From the NCBI GenBank assembly GCA_977017645.1, contig OZ360224.1:118730001-118794000 (forward strand): a stretch of DNA of 64,000 bases, given 5' to 3'. This document shows positions 24,201-36,400 of the stretch, in pieces. The notes beneath the pieces were generated by a model. It was not told the DNA's origin, did not search any database, and worked only from the letters and a program-made list of their open reading frames with translations. How positions within the stretch are numbered: the first letter of the stretch is position 1; each line of letters opens with the position of its first letter. A program made the translations under genes and the position numbers. The DNA comes from Torpedo marmorata. Taxonomy: Eukaryota.

Positions 24201-27200
24201 TTCTCATTATGTTCCTTCTTTTCCAATCGTAAACACATTTCCAAAGTATGTCCACCTTTACAGAACAAACAACTCTTTTCATTAGGCAAACTTTCCTTTT
24301 CCTTATTTACTTTGTCCTTTTCTTTACTTATAACTTGCACATTAGTAGCAAAAGTACTCCTTTTTAATTTCGGACTAGACTGTGTGTTAGACTTCTTTAC
24401 ATCTTTGCCCATTGAATTATCTCTGGTAATTCCATATAGTGGATCTGTTTCAACTTACACCTGTCGTTCAAGAAAATTTACCAAATCCTTTAAGGTAATT
24501 TTTCGACCGTAATTTACTTGTAAATCACAAGCCAAATTTCTCTATCTATCCCATAACTTGTAAGGTAATTTTTCTAAGATGATTCGCATATTACTATGCA
24601 CTTCAAGCTCACGAATATTATCGATTTCTTCCATAGCATTACAACATCCTCTTAAAAACAGAGTATATTCTTGCAGAGCCTTTACATCATTTTGTTTTAT
24701 TGATGTCCATTTAAGAGCTTTATCCATATAAGCTAAAGCAATTCGATGCTTGTTGCCAAAATATTGTTCCAATAAAGCCTTAGCTTTGTCTAATCCTCTT
24801 TCTGAAGACATTTGTTTACAACTCTTTACCAGTTCTTTTGGATGTCCCTTTGTGAACATTTCCAAATAATAAAGACATTCATCACGATCTTGGCATTTAT
24901 CTTCAATATTGCGTTTGAAAGATCTCATAAATGATTGATACTGAAGTGGATCACCATCAAAAGTTTGTATCTCTTTCTTGGGTAAAGAAGAGAGATTGTA
25001 ACTGAAACAATGATGCAGCAATTTCATTTTGTCTTTCCTTGGATGACAATACATTGCTCTGTTCACTGTTTCTTGTTGCATGCAATGTATCTGGAAACCT
25101 CACTGGTGTAGTTTCTTCCATATTTCTGATGCTTGACTCAAATAACAAAGAAGCTGCTTCGTTCGACCGAACCCAAGCCGCAGCTTTGTTTTCAGATGTT
25201 ACCATTGGTACATGTGACTCGATACCAATATGCTCTTGAAAGGTTTGTCCTTGTATATGCAAGTTTTGTATCCTTGGTTCTAAAATATCTATCCTTTTGG
25301 TTGGTTTCTTTTCGTGTGACTCCTTTTTTAAATATGACCTTTTATTATCAGACAATTTAGATAATTTACTTCCAGCACCAGATACCATTGAGCCTTTTAT
25401 TGCTTTCTTTTCTGCCTTGACAATAGCAATGTTTGCTTCTAGCTCCTGCTGTTCTTTTCTCTGCCTTAGCTGCTCCTTCTCTTGTCTTAGATGCTCCATT
25501 AGCTGCTCCTCCTTTTGTCTTAGCTGCTCCTCCTCTTGTTCTAAAATATATTTATCCTTAAGCGTTTTTTGTTGTGCAAGAAGAGCGGCCAATTTAACAT
25601 CAATCTTTGTACGTGACGATGCAGAACTTGAAGTACGAGAAACTCTGGAGCTCGAACCAGAACTTCTTTTGCTTCTCCTGCTTTCAGCATTTGAGACACT
25701 GTCATTTGCTTGTATTTCATCCTGCAGTTCATATGTTGTCTTCATACTTACCTCTTTATCCAATTCGAATTGTATATCCTTTGCATCTTCAACCTCTTCA
25801 ATTTCTTCATCATTTGGTGACACAATTTCAGCCATTTCCAAGTTATCCTCTTGTTCATCTAATGAAGCTGCCTCTTCATCCTTTGCCTGCTTCAATCTTT
25901 CGATAAGAACCTTTTTATTTCCACTTATGTCCTTTTTCAGTCGCTTCAATTCTTCTTTAATATCCGCAACCTTCATGTCTTCAATACGTTGGTCCTCAAC
26001 AACAACATCAGCGGTTGCTGCATCAGCTGCTGATATATCAGTAGCTGCTGTATCAGAGGCTGCTGCGGCCATTTTACTCGTCTTGTTCCTCTGTCCTTCA
26101 AGCATACACAACACTAGCCAAACAACAGTCCCCAATGGACCAGCGGCAGCAATTCCAATCTGTGTTCTTACTTGCTAAAGATACACAGAAGGAGTCCACA
26201 GACTTATGCCTACCACTTCAAATGACTGTAATGTGCTGCTATCCATAAACGAGTTTCAACCACAACATCCGTCAATAATATCACTGATTTTCCAAAAATG
26301 GTTTCTCCAACGTATTTATAGGACACTTTACTATAAGATTTGAAGCTCTAAATCCCTCTCTGGCTGTTACTCATGGCAGATGGATGTGGATTACAAACTG
26401 CCCCCAACTCGAGGCATCTTCAAGATGGCCGCCATTTTATTTTAAATATCAGTCCAAAGCACAGAGAGATTATTCTATCTTCTTTCCTTCAATTTTCTGT
26501 TCCAAACATCCAGCCACTTTATTGACTATATTATGGTGACTTCGATCCAACAATAGTCACCTGGAGGCTAAGTGAGATACTTGTCTTTGACGCGTTTTAA
26601 TTAATTTACTAACAAAGTCCAATATGTTCAAAAACTTTATTTACACACGTGACTTGCAGTAATCTTCAATGACTTTAATATAAACAGTTCTTGAAATGAT
26701 GTATGATGAGTTCCTTTAAATGATTCCTTAAACTGTACTTAGTTGTTCAAACAATTCCAAACCACAAAGTAATCAGTTCAATGTTCAATGAAATGATGTA
26801 TAAGACGTTTAGAAACTATCTTTGAAACGCTGTATTAAACGATGTCTGAAACACTCGATGAAACGATATAAAAAGTTATAAAACGGTCAATAAAGATATG
26901 GAGATCTCACTCACCCTCCTAATCTCCATCTTTTTCCTATTCTCTCTCCTTCGCGCATGCTCCGTCGCTCCTATACCACTGCGCACGCTCCACCGCGCAC
27001 ACTACATCTCCCACTATACACCGCGCACACTACATCTCCCACTATACACCGCGCACAATGACGTCACTCCAGACTGCGCATGCGCCCGTCGGCACTCCAG
27101 CGCATGCGCAGAGCACAGAACAGGCCGAGGACGGCCTACAGACTGCGCGAGCGCTCCACAACCCGACGAGGCATCGGAGCGCCGCAGCAAAGGTAAGTTA

Positions 27201-27220
27201 ATGAGCCTACGGCTCTTACA
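21229..27220 (-). mobile_element. BEL/Pao LTR retrotransposon, non-autonomous (lacks RT, RNase H and IN core), inserted in ERV gag
   Basis: Two LTRs (26529-27220 and 21229-21892); 5-bp TSD ATGAG (21224-21228 and 27221-27225); PPT-like ATGGGCCGG before the 3'LTR. Gag FDGDPLQY region, three Cys/His knuckles, AFLDPGS protease, IN C-terminal RNSW..GLVRQVRIK..RPINKVCLL. Confidence 0.93.
22098..26072 (-). pseudogene. BEL polyprotein: SAP domain - coiled coil - Gag - Zn knuckles - protease - MIPOL1-like coiled coil - integrase C-terminal remnant (few lesions)
   Basis: Concatenation of ORFs 24957-26135 (ATG 26072), 24542-25081, 22694-24412, 22313-22618 and an unlisted frame ~22098-22275. The TAA at 22694 is read through in frame. 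Confidence 0.85.
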
Positions 27221-28445
27221 ATGAGGAAGAGGAGGACGATGGACTCTGGGGAAGACCCCCTCCATATGCACCAGTCCAGGCTAACGTAGGACTCCTACCA
27301 GGAGCACAGGGACTATCATTACATCCTAATATCAGCAATGATGGAGAAGGAGATCTATCACCCTTCCCTAGCATGACTCCTGCCGAAGAGGTAAATACAT
27401 CCCCGACCATGACACCAGCCTGACAGACTGCAGATGTTCCCACTTAGAACTGTGCCCAACCCTCAGGCAGGCCAAGGGAACCAACCTCTTACAGTAGAAA
27501 TATATTCCCCATGGAAACCCCAGGAATTATGTTTAATTAGGGATAAAGCCCCAAATAAGACTGTGTTGCCTGACGCATTCGTCGATTATTTGCGATCTAC
27601 AGTGGAATATTACAGTGCCAATGATCGAGATTTGTGGGGTCTGACAATGTCACTATTGACGGTAGCAGAAAAGACTAAATGGAAAAATGCTATGAACCTT
27701 CAAACTTGGGAGGCAGTCAAAAACGTCCTGGCACTCAGAGAGGATGTTGGAATTCCCCTCTGTATAAACTTTATGATGGAACATTTAACTAATTGTTTAA
27801 AACAGCCCATCAATATGTCTAAAGTGATTGATTGTAAGCCAGCTCCACGGAAAGATCCACAGACCTATTTTGACCGATTTGTCGAAACGTATAAAACCCA
27901 TGCCGGAGATAGTGCTTTTAACCGGGGGGGAAAATTCGGCACCGTTCAATTCGATTCTTATGACTTGTCTACCCTACAAGCAACAAACAATGATAAAAAC
28001 TAATCTGAATTGGGCTGAAAATGACTTGAATCAGATGAGACGCGCTGTGGTTACATTTTGACCAGAAGCAACCGGAAAGGGACCTGGAGGAGCAGGAGGA
28101 ATGGGGATGGGAATTAAAAATGAATATGTGTTGAGAGAAGATGATTTAGCACCTAAGGGACACGTTTATGCCCTACGCCCACAATATCCCGGAGGAAAGG
28201 AGAGAGGAGGTCCTGGTCGCCCTTTTGGAAACACCGGCCAAAGGGAGTGGGACTGGAATAAGAATAGGAATAATCGATGTTTCCGATGTGGGAGAGAGGG
28301 ACATTGGATGAGGGATTTTTCCGGCAAGGGGACCAGGACCAGAAGCACGAAGAACCCCTCACTCTGACCATAATCCCTTTCGCCAGTGACTCACCTCAGA
28401 GTCCCAATGGCGTCTCTTTCCCTTGCTGTCTAGCCCACTGTAGTA

Positions 28446-31400
28446 ATGAAGTTGGAGGGATTCCGGATTCCATTTATGATTGACACAGGGGCAACAATGT
28501 CAACCCTGCGAAATGAGGTTGTGGAACACCTACGAATCCCTCTTTCGGGAGAGAAGTCTCGACTTTCTGGAATTGATGGCAAGACTAAGGTAAACACCTT
28601 AACCTATCCGCTGACAGTGGAATTTGAAAGGAACAAGTACACCTTGACCTTTTCCGTTACTACAGGTCTTGATTGCAATATAGCTGGGAGAGACATGCTG
28701 ATGGGGCTGGGAATTAACATTGAGTGTTCGGACCAGGGGATATCTATATACCACCCACGAGCACTGGTTATGAAATTTCCACCACCACAATGGTGCGCGG
28801 TTCATTTAACGCCTGCCCCTGAACTAAAGGGATTGCCCAACCCCCCGGTTGCAACGAAGAAATGACCGAATATTTTGAATCCCTCCTTACTAAGCCGGAG
28901 ATCCAGGAACAGCATTAGTCTCCAGACTGCCGGACGGATTGTGGATGTTAGATTCGGACCTAACCAGCCCTCATGTTACGACCTCTGTAAATGCTGGACA
29001 TACACCAAAAGAATTAGGCCATTTGGTCTACACCTTGGAAAGCAACACCTTTCGGCTGGAACACTTCGGTTTTGGAAGACACCATGCCTCCTAAATGGGG
29101 AGGTACGACATCATCGAGCGGGGAGACCAGAAGACCACGACAACAAGGGACACTTGTGGTCGGTATCACCTTATGAGGTGGGACTAACTACTTGCGACCC
29201 GATCAACATTAAGTCACAAGAAGGTGTCACGCTCCCGTCAGTCCTGCAGTATCCATTGAAAGAGGAAGCAAAGGAAGGAGTAAGAGCACTGATTTATTCG
29301 TTGATACATCAAGGAATTCTGAAGGAATGCCAGTCGCCATGTAACACTCCTATATTACCGGTGCCTAAAACAGGACGAACTGAGTGGCGCCTGGTCCAAG
29401 ATCTACGAGCCATAAACAAAGTGGTAAAACCTATGCATGCTATTGTTCCCAATCCTGCAACCATCCTCAGCCAGATTCCTGCGGCAGCTATGATTTTCAC
29501 TGTAGCCGACTTACAGCATGCTTTCTTTGCGATTCCCTTACATCCTGACTGTCAATACCTCTTTGCTTTTACCTATGATAAACGACAATACACCTGGAAA
29601 CGGCTGCCACAGGGCTTTGTGCACTCGCCTACCATTTTTTCACAGGTTCTAGCGAAACAATTAAGTACATTGACCCTGCCCCGTGAATCCACGATTGTAC
29701 AGAATGTAGATGACCTTCTACTTGCGAGCAAGACCACCGACGACAATATAGCCGATACTGCTGTCTTGCTTCAAGCATTACACCAATGGGGCTATGTAAT
29801 CCCTAAGAGGAAAGTAACCCAGGCACAGCGGGAAGTTAAGTTTCTGGGAATACGGTTGAGTGCCAAGGAACAGACTCTCACTGAAGATTGTCTACGTCTG
29901 ATACGGCAACACCCAGCACCTACCACCCCGAAACAGATGCGTGCCTTCCTAGGATTGATCAATTTCTGCCGGCAGTGGATTCCAGACGTGGCAGTATATA
30001 CCAAGCACCTGTCACCCTACTCCTCAGCAAACGCTCCACAGACTTTTGTACTCACTCAGGAAGAATTGAAGATGTTTAAAGAATTGAAAAGGGCTCTTTC
30101 CTCAGCACCGGCTATAGGGAGACCCTTGTATGACCGGCCGTTCCAACTTTATGTCACAATAATCCAAGACTGTGCATCTGAAGTTCTCACCCAGAAACAT
30201 GGGGATGTCCGAAGGTCGGTGGCTTACTACTCAGTCCGGTTGCACGTGGCTACCCACCCTGTACTCAAATTCTACCCGGAATCTATGCAGCTGTTACTGC
30301 AGCATCTAACATTACTCTCCATCATCCTGTGACTGTGAATACAACTCATTGTGTTACAGCTCTGATGAATTCTGACTTGACCAAATACATGACTATGGCT
30401 CGGTTCGGAAGGTGTGAAGTAAGCCTTTTATACAATCCTAATTTGACCTTTCAACACTGTTCTACGATTAACCCCTCTTCCTTCCTCCAATGCCCGCCGG
30501 AAGGACTTGCGGATCCACCGCATGATTGCATCCAAGCAAACTCCACTTTAACTAGGGTAAGGGAAGATCTATTAGACACCCTCCTGCCTGAGCCATGCAC
30601 TACATGGTTTGTTGACGGCTCTTACATGGTGTTGCAGGACACAGGGAGAAGAGCTTCTGGATATGCCATAGTTTGCCAGGACGGAACACTGGTTGAAGAT
30701 GGAAGATTTGAGAGTTCTCTTTCAGCCCAGCAAACGGAACTCTATGCTTTGACCCGTGCCTGTATTCTAGGTAAAGACAAGGATGTCAATCTTTATACTG
30801 ATTCCCGTTATGCTTTCGGAGTTGCCCATGTCTTTGGGGCACTATGGCAACACCAAGCGTTTCTGACGTCTGCAGGGACCCCAATCAAAAATGCCTCCTA
30901 TGTTATGAATTTGCTTAAGGCCCTCCGATTGCCTAGACTGCTGGCTGTAATTAAGTGCAATGCCCACACTAGGGGAAACGATGCTGTATCCCAAGGGAAT
31001 GCGACAGTGGACAGAGCGGCTAAGAAAGCTGCAAGCCAGTCCCCGCATTTAGTTCCAACTGAGGGGCAGATTCTGATCAATAGAACGGTTATGCCGAACA
31101 TGGAAATAGTGTTAAGTAAACAGAGGGACGCCTCTGCCAATGAAATTGATCTATGGAAACAAGAGGGTTGCGCCCAAGACTCTCAGATGGGTCTGTGGCT
31201 TACCCCCCTTGGACAAGTATGTATACCCGATTCCCTGCTACCCATTATTTTGAATTATTTACATACCCTCACGCATGCTGGAAAGGAGGGAATGATAAGA
31301 ATGGTTGGGGAAACATGGTGGCATCCTAAGGTACGGCAAGAGGTACTGCGAGTGGCCTCAGAATGTAAAATTTGCAAAAGAATAAATCCCAGAAAAGCAG

Positions 31401-32040
31401 TAAGAGGACCTACAGGAAATACACCTATGCCATCACGCCCATTTGAATGTATCCAAATGGATTACATAGCAATGCCCAGGGATCCGTGCTATAAATATTG
31501 TTTAGTAATCTTGGATTTATTTAGCAGATGGATTGAGGCTCTGACTACCACCAACAACACAGCTGAAACCACGGTAACCCTATTATTAAAGGAAGTAATA
31601 CCAAGATTTGGTTTACCAACAATTATAAGTTCGGATAATGGCCCACATTTTGTTGCAGCAATAAATTGATGAGCCCATCAATAACTCCAAAAGACTAGAA
31701 GTTACACAAGAACTGAAAGGCTTTTATTGGCAAAAGAATGGAGCTACATTCGTGCTGATGATCTGTCCCAGACTGGGGGTGGAGCAGTGGCACAATGGCC
31801 TTTATTCAAGGGGGTCTGTGGGAGGAGCCACCGGGACAGTCAGCAGGGGCATGTCCAGACTTACCACCCCAGCCCACAACCCATACAGTGGTTTACCACA
31901 TAAATAAGGAACTATATGACTATTTTAAAATTAAACAACAGTTCCACTGCGTACATCATCCCCAAGCTGCAGGTATGGTGGAAAGAGCCCATGGAGTATT
32001 GAAAAATAAGGTGACTAAGTTGATAAGGGAAACAGTACAA
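28446..32040 (+). pseudogene. pol: ERV pro-pol (protease, HxT spacer, RT, RNase H, integrase), frameshifted; YVDD degraded to NVDD
   Basis: FMIDTGATMS; SPCNTPILPVPK..WRLVQDLRAIN; LPQGFVHSP; WFVDGS; HTLTH..CKIC; QMD; SSDNGPHF; VERAHGVLK after the solo LTR. Confidence 0.92.
31667..31900 (-). mobile_element. Gypsy-type solo LTR (234 bp) in ERV integrase
   Basis: Minus strand TGTGGTAAACCACTG...CATCA; 5-bp TSD TAAAT. Same first 15 bp as the LTR at 60963. Integrase resumes after it. Confidence 0.88.
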
Positions 32041-32523
32041 TCATAAATATTACAATGAATAAGACTATAAAATTTGTTAGTTTTAATGTTAATGGATTAA
32101 ATGGACCCATAAAAAGGAAAAGAGTTTCGGCACACCTTAAAAAAATGCAGGCGGATATAGTTTTTTTGCAGGAGACTCACCTCACGAATAAAGAACATAA
32201 CAAATTAAAGAGGGAATGGGTGGGACAGGTGTTTGCGTCCTCTTTCAATTCCAAGGCTAGGGGGGGTGGCTATTTTAATAAATAAAAATGTTCCGGTGGC
32301 AGTGAAAGATACGATTATTGACTCGGCTGGGAGATTTGTGATGATACACTGTCAAATTTACTCCGAACCCTGGACACTTCTGAACCTTTATGCACCAAAT
32401 TTTGATGACGAGGCTTTTATGCAAAATATATTTCTGAAGGTAGCAGGGGGGAGACAGAATGTGTTATGGAAGGGGATTTTAACTTTTGCCTGGATCCCGT
32501 TCTGGATAAGTCTGCAAAGACGG

Positions 32524-34488
32524 TGTAAGAGCCATAGGTTTAGTTACTTACCTTTATCGCGGCGTTCCGATGGTCTCGGCGGGGTTCGGAGGATTCGCGG
32601 TGTTTGGTAGGCCATGCTAGGCCTATTTAGTACTCTGCGCATGCGCGGGAGTGCCGACGGGCACATGTGCAGTGGGGAAATGGTTGGAGCATGCGCAGTT
32701 GGGAAGTGACGGCAGTATGCGCGGTGGAGCATGCACGAATCGGGGAAGAATTATAAAAAGATGGCGGCTTAGAGGAGGGTGAGTGAGATCACCATATCTT
32801 TCATTGACCGTTTTATTGAACGTTTAAAGACATTTAAATGACGTTTAAAGGAATCATTTAAAGGAATCATTTAAAGGAATTTATTAAGCATCGTTATCAA
32901 GAATTGTTTATATTTCGTTTAAAGAAGATATTTAAGTCATTGAAGATTGTTACAAGTCACGTGTGTAAATAAAGTTTTTTGAACCTATTGGACTTGTTAG
33001 TAAATTAATTGAAACGCGTCAAGAACAAGTATCTCATTTTCGAGGGGGACGATCCCCCCTCGTGGGTCCAAATTGGACTACACACCATAGGAGAGAAAAT
33101 AGCGAAGGATTTTATCTACAAATGGAACACCAAATTAATATCTAGGCGAACGGACAATCCCATTCTCAAACATATGATTAAGATTTGGCAGGAAATCATT
33201 GAATGTACTGGAGGAAAGGTGGAAATATCACCAAAGGCACCTTTGATCCAAAACGAAACTATACCATGGCTTTGGATAACAAACTTTTAAACATTTGACA
33301 CCAGAATGGACTCCGATATATTGAAGACTGTTACGAGAAAGGACAACTTATGTCTTTTGAGCAATTGAAGAGTAAATATGATTTGTCTAATGGAACCTTC
33401 TACTGTTTTCTTCAACTAAAGTCCTTCTTGAGGGATAGATGGGGTCCTACAATGACCCCACCCAGGTGTAATGAAATGGAACAGTTGCTTCGATTGGGAA
33501 ATGCACCTAAATTCATATCGAGAATGTATTTCGTACTCCAAAGCGAAAGCCCTAAGTCGGGCCTACAAAGATTGAGAGAGAGGTGGGAGTCGGACTTGGG
33601 AACAACAATTCACGAACGATGCTGGTCAGACTGGTGTTTAGATAGCATGACAGCAGTTATTAATGCCAAATATAGGCTGGTTCAATATAATTTCCTACAC
33701 CAATTGTATCTCACACCACAAAAACTACGCAAGTCAAAACCAGAGATATCAGAAATGTGCTTCAGGTGTGGGATAGAAATTGGATCCTTTTTACACTCCA
33801 CCTGGTCATGTGCACAGGTAAGGCCCTTTTGGCATGATTTAGCTAATGTACTAATTAGGATTACGGGAGTAGCCTTCCCACTAGACCCGGAGTTGTATCT
33901 TTTAGGAAACCTCATGGACATAAGCAACAGATTATCTAAATTCAAAATTCAATTTGTAAAAGTTGCTCTGTCCGTAGCAAAAAAATGCATCGCAGTTACT
34001 TGGAAGTCCGACTCCCCCCTTCTCATCACTCGATGGTCTACGGAAATGTACAGCTGTATCCCCATGGAAAAAATTACATATAGTCTTAGAAATAAGTACG
34101 ATAACTTTGTTAAAGTGTGGCAAACGTACTTGGAGCACATTGGTGCTCAGTTGTAATCAAACCCCTGAGGTATGGTATACTGTAATGTATAATTATTTTA
34201 AGGGTGTGGCATCCCCAAATACTTGAACAAAAGTTGTAAGCGCTGACGGTACGTTTAGTTTTTTTTTCTTTTTCTTTCTCTTTTGTCTCGGTTTTATTCT
34301 TTTTGGGTGGGGGAGGGAGGGTTAAGGGGCATAATGTATCCTGTACTTGATACGTTTGAAATTTATGTATATTCGTGATTGTTAATTAATGTTTTGTGAA
34401 AATTTTGAAATTGAAAAATAAAATATTTTAAAGAACAAGAATCTCACCTAGCCTCCAAGTGACTATTTGTTGGATTGAAGTCACTATA
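32524..34488 (+). mobile_element. BEL-family solo LTR, related to the 21229-27220 LTRs, itself interrupted by an L1 fragment
   Basis: Starts TGTAAGAGCCATAGG and ends GAAGTCACTATA; 5-bp TSD GACGG (32519-32523 and 34489-34493). Confidence 0.88.
33037..34430 (+). mobile_element. 5'-truncated L1 inserted in the BEL solo LTR
   Basis: ORF2 C-terminus 33350-34156; 3'UTR; 16-bp TSD AAGAACAAG(T/A)ATCTCA at 33021-33036 and 34431-34446. Confidence 0.9.
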
Positions 34489-36400
34489 GACGGTAACAAA
34501 GGCCAGGGCGGCTAAAACCACTCTGGCCTTTACGAAAGATCTAAATTTAATAGATGCATGGAGACGGTTGCACCCACAAGCCAGAGATTACTCCTTTTAC
34601 TCTAAACCCCATGATTCCTATACTAGAATTGACTATTTTTAAATGTCGGCACAGCTGGAAGGCAGAGTGATCGAATCGGAATATCTAGCCAGACTATTAT
34701 CAGATCATGCACCTTTGATCCTATCTATTGTTATGCCAGAAAAACAGGCTACCGTATACAGATGGCGCCTTAATTCTACGCTGTTGAAAAGGACAGATTT
34801 TTGTGACTTTATAAGGGGTCAGATAAATTTGTTTTGTGAAACAAACTGCCCCTCCACTAATAACAGCTTTTTAATACGGGATATTTTAAAGGCTTATTTG
34901 AGGGGGCAAATAATTTCGTACACTAAAAATGTTAACAAAAAACATCTGGCGGAAGTAAATGAATTAGAACGAGAAATTCTAGAGTTGGAAAAGGAATATC
35001 AACAATCTGGCTCAAAGGAAAAATACCAAATTCTGGTAAATAAGAAACTTAAGTACAACATTCTACAAACATATCAAATGGAGAAAACTATTTTGAGATC
35101 TAGGCAAAAATATTATGAATTAGGCGAGAGGGCCCATAAGGTCTTGTCTTGGCAATTGAAGGCAGAAGAGACATCAAGGACAATTAATGCAATTCAGTCA
35201 GGACCAGATAAGATAACACATAACCCGAAAGAGATAAATGACACATTCAAGCAGTTCTATACAGAACAATATAAATCAGAGTCACCTAAAGACTCAACTG
35301 AAATAGATGAATTTTTGTCCAAGATTGATCTGCCGAGATTGGATCAAGACGATCAGACAAAATTAGATTCCCCTTTTTCTAGAGAGGAGATTGAAAAAGC
35401 CTTGAGTACATTACAAGCTAATAAATCACCGGGGGAGGACGGTTTCCTGCCTGAGTTTTACAGAGAATGTAAAGAACTTTTGATGCCTCTTATTATGGAT
35501 GTGGTTAATCAGGCAGCGGAGACACGGACCCTCCCAGAATCCTTTTCAACACCTATTATTAGGGTTATACCTAAGAAAGATAGAGATCCACTAAAACTGT
35601 CTTCATATAGACCTATTTCACTGTTAAGTGCTGATAATAAGATAATAGCTAAGGCATTAGCTGATAGATTAAGTTATTATCTACCAAAATTGATAAATCC
35701 GGATCAAGTCGGCTTCGTGAAGAGGAGACACTCTGCCAACAACCTGGGTAGATTATTTAGTATTATACATTTGGCACAATCCAAGATAGACCCGATCATA
35801 GCCGTGTCTTTAGACGCGGAAAAGGCTTTTGATAGGCTGGAGTGGCCTTTTTATTTAAAGTACTTGAAAAGTTTGGACTGGGACAATCATTCGCACAATG
35901 GGTAAAAACACTTTACCATAAACCTCGGGCTAAAATTATAGAGAATGGGCAGGTGTCATCGACATTCTCATTGAGTAGATCTAGTAGGCAGGGTTGTCCA
36001 CTGTCTCCAGGACTCTTTGTATTAGCGATTGAACCGTTAGCGGAGGCTATCAGGAGGGATCCAGAGATAAAAGGATTCAAGGTGGGCCAGATGGATCACA
36101 AGATTAACTTGTTTGAAGATGATGTATTGTTATATCTAACAGACCCGGTTGAGTCTTTAACCAAACTGCAGACTACACTGGAGGATTACGGTATGATTTC
36201 AGGATATAAAATAAATTTAGACAAAAGTGAAATCATGCCACTGACGAAATTTGACTATAAAAAATATCAACAAGGGAGTTGCTTTAAATGGCAACCGGAA
36301 GGCATTAAGTATTTAGGGATAAGGACTGATAATAATTTGCAGAATTTATATAAACTCAACTACCTCCCGATGCTTGGAAAGATTGAGGACGATTTACTTA

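Larger units (their letters stand above)
20695..28389 (+). pseudogene. gag: ERV gag, split by the BEL element (20695-21228 and 27226-28389), with stops and frameshifts
   Basis: N-terminal MG (myristoylation-type). Rejoined sequence reads ISDNEEEEDDGLWGRPPPYAP. Also FPLR..YSPW capsid-like region and a degenerate CCHC knuckle. Confidence 0.85.
19656..32040 (+). mobile_element. Endogenous retrovirus (epsilon/gamma-like, class I): 5'LTR-PBS-gag-pro-pol, 3'-truncated in integrase, with nested insertions
   Basis: LTR, tRNA-Ser PBS, MGNS.. Gag start, PPPY, CFRCGREGHW knuckle, IDTGA protease, LPQG..VDD RT, VDGS/YTDSRY RNase H, HHCC plus D..D..E integrase. No env or 3'LTR found in the window. Confidence 0.93.

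Noticed and set aside
25297-26178. 293-aa Ser-rich plus-strand ORF
   Set aside because: Antisense shadow of the Glu/Lys-rich BEL Gag frame.
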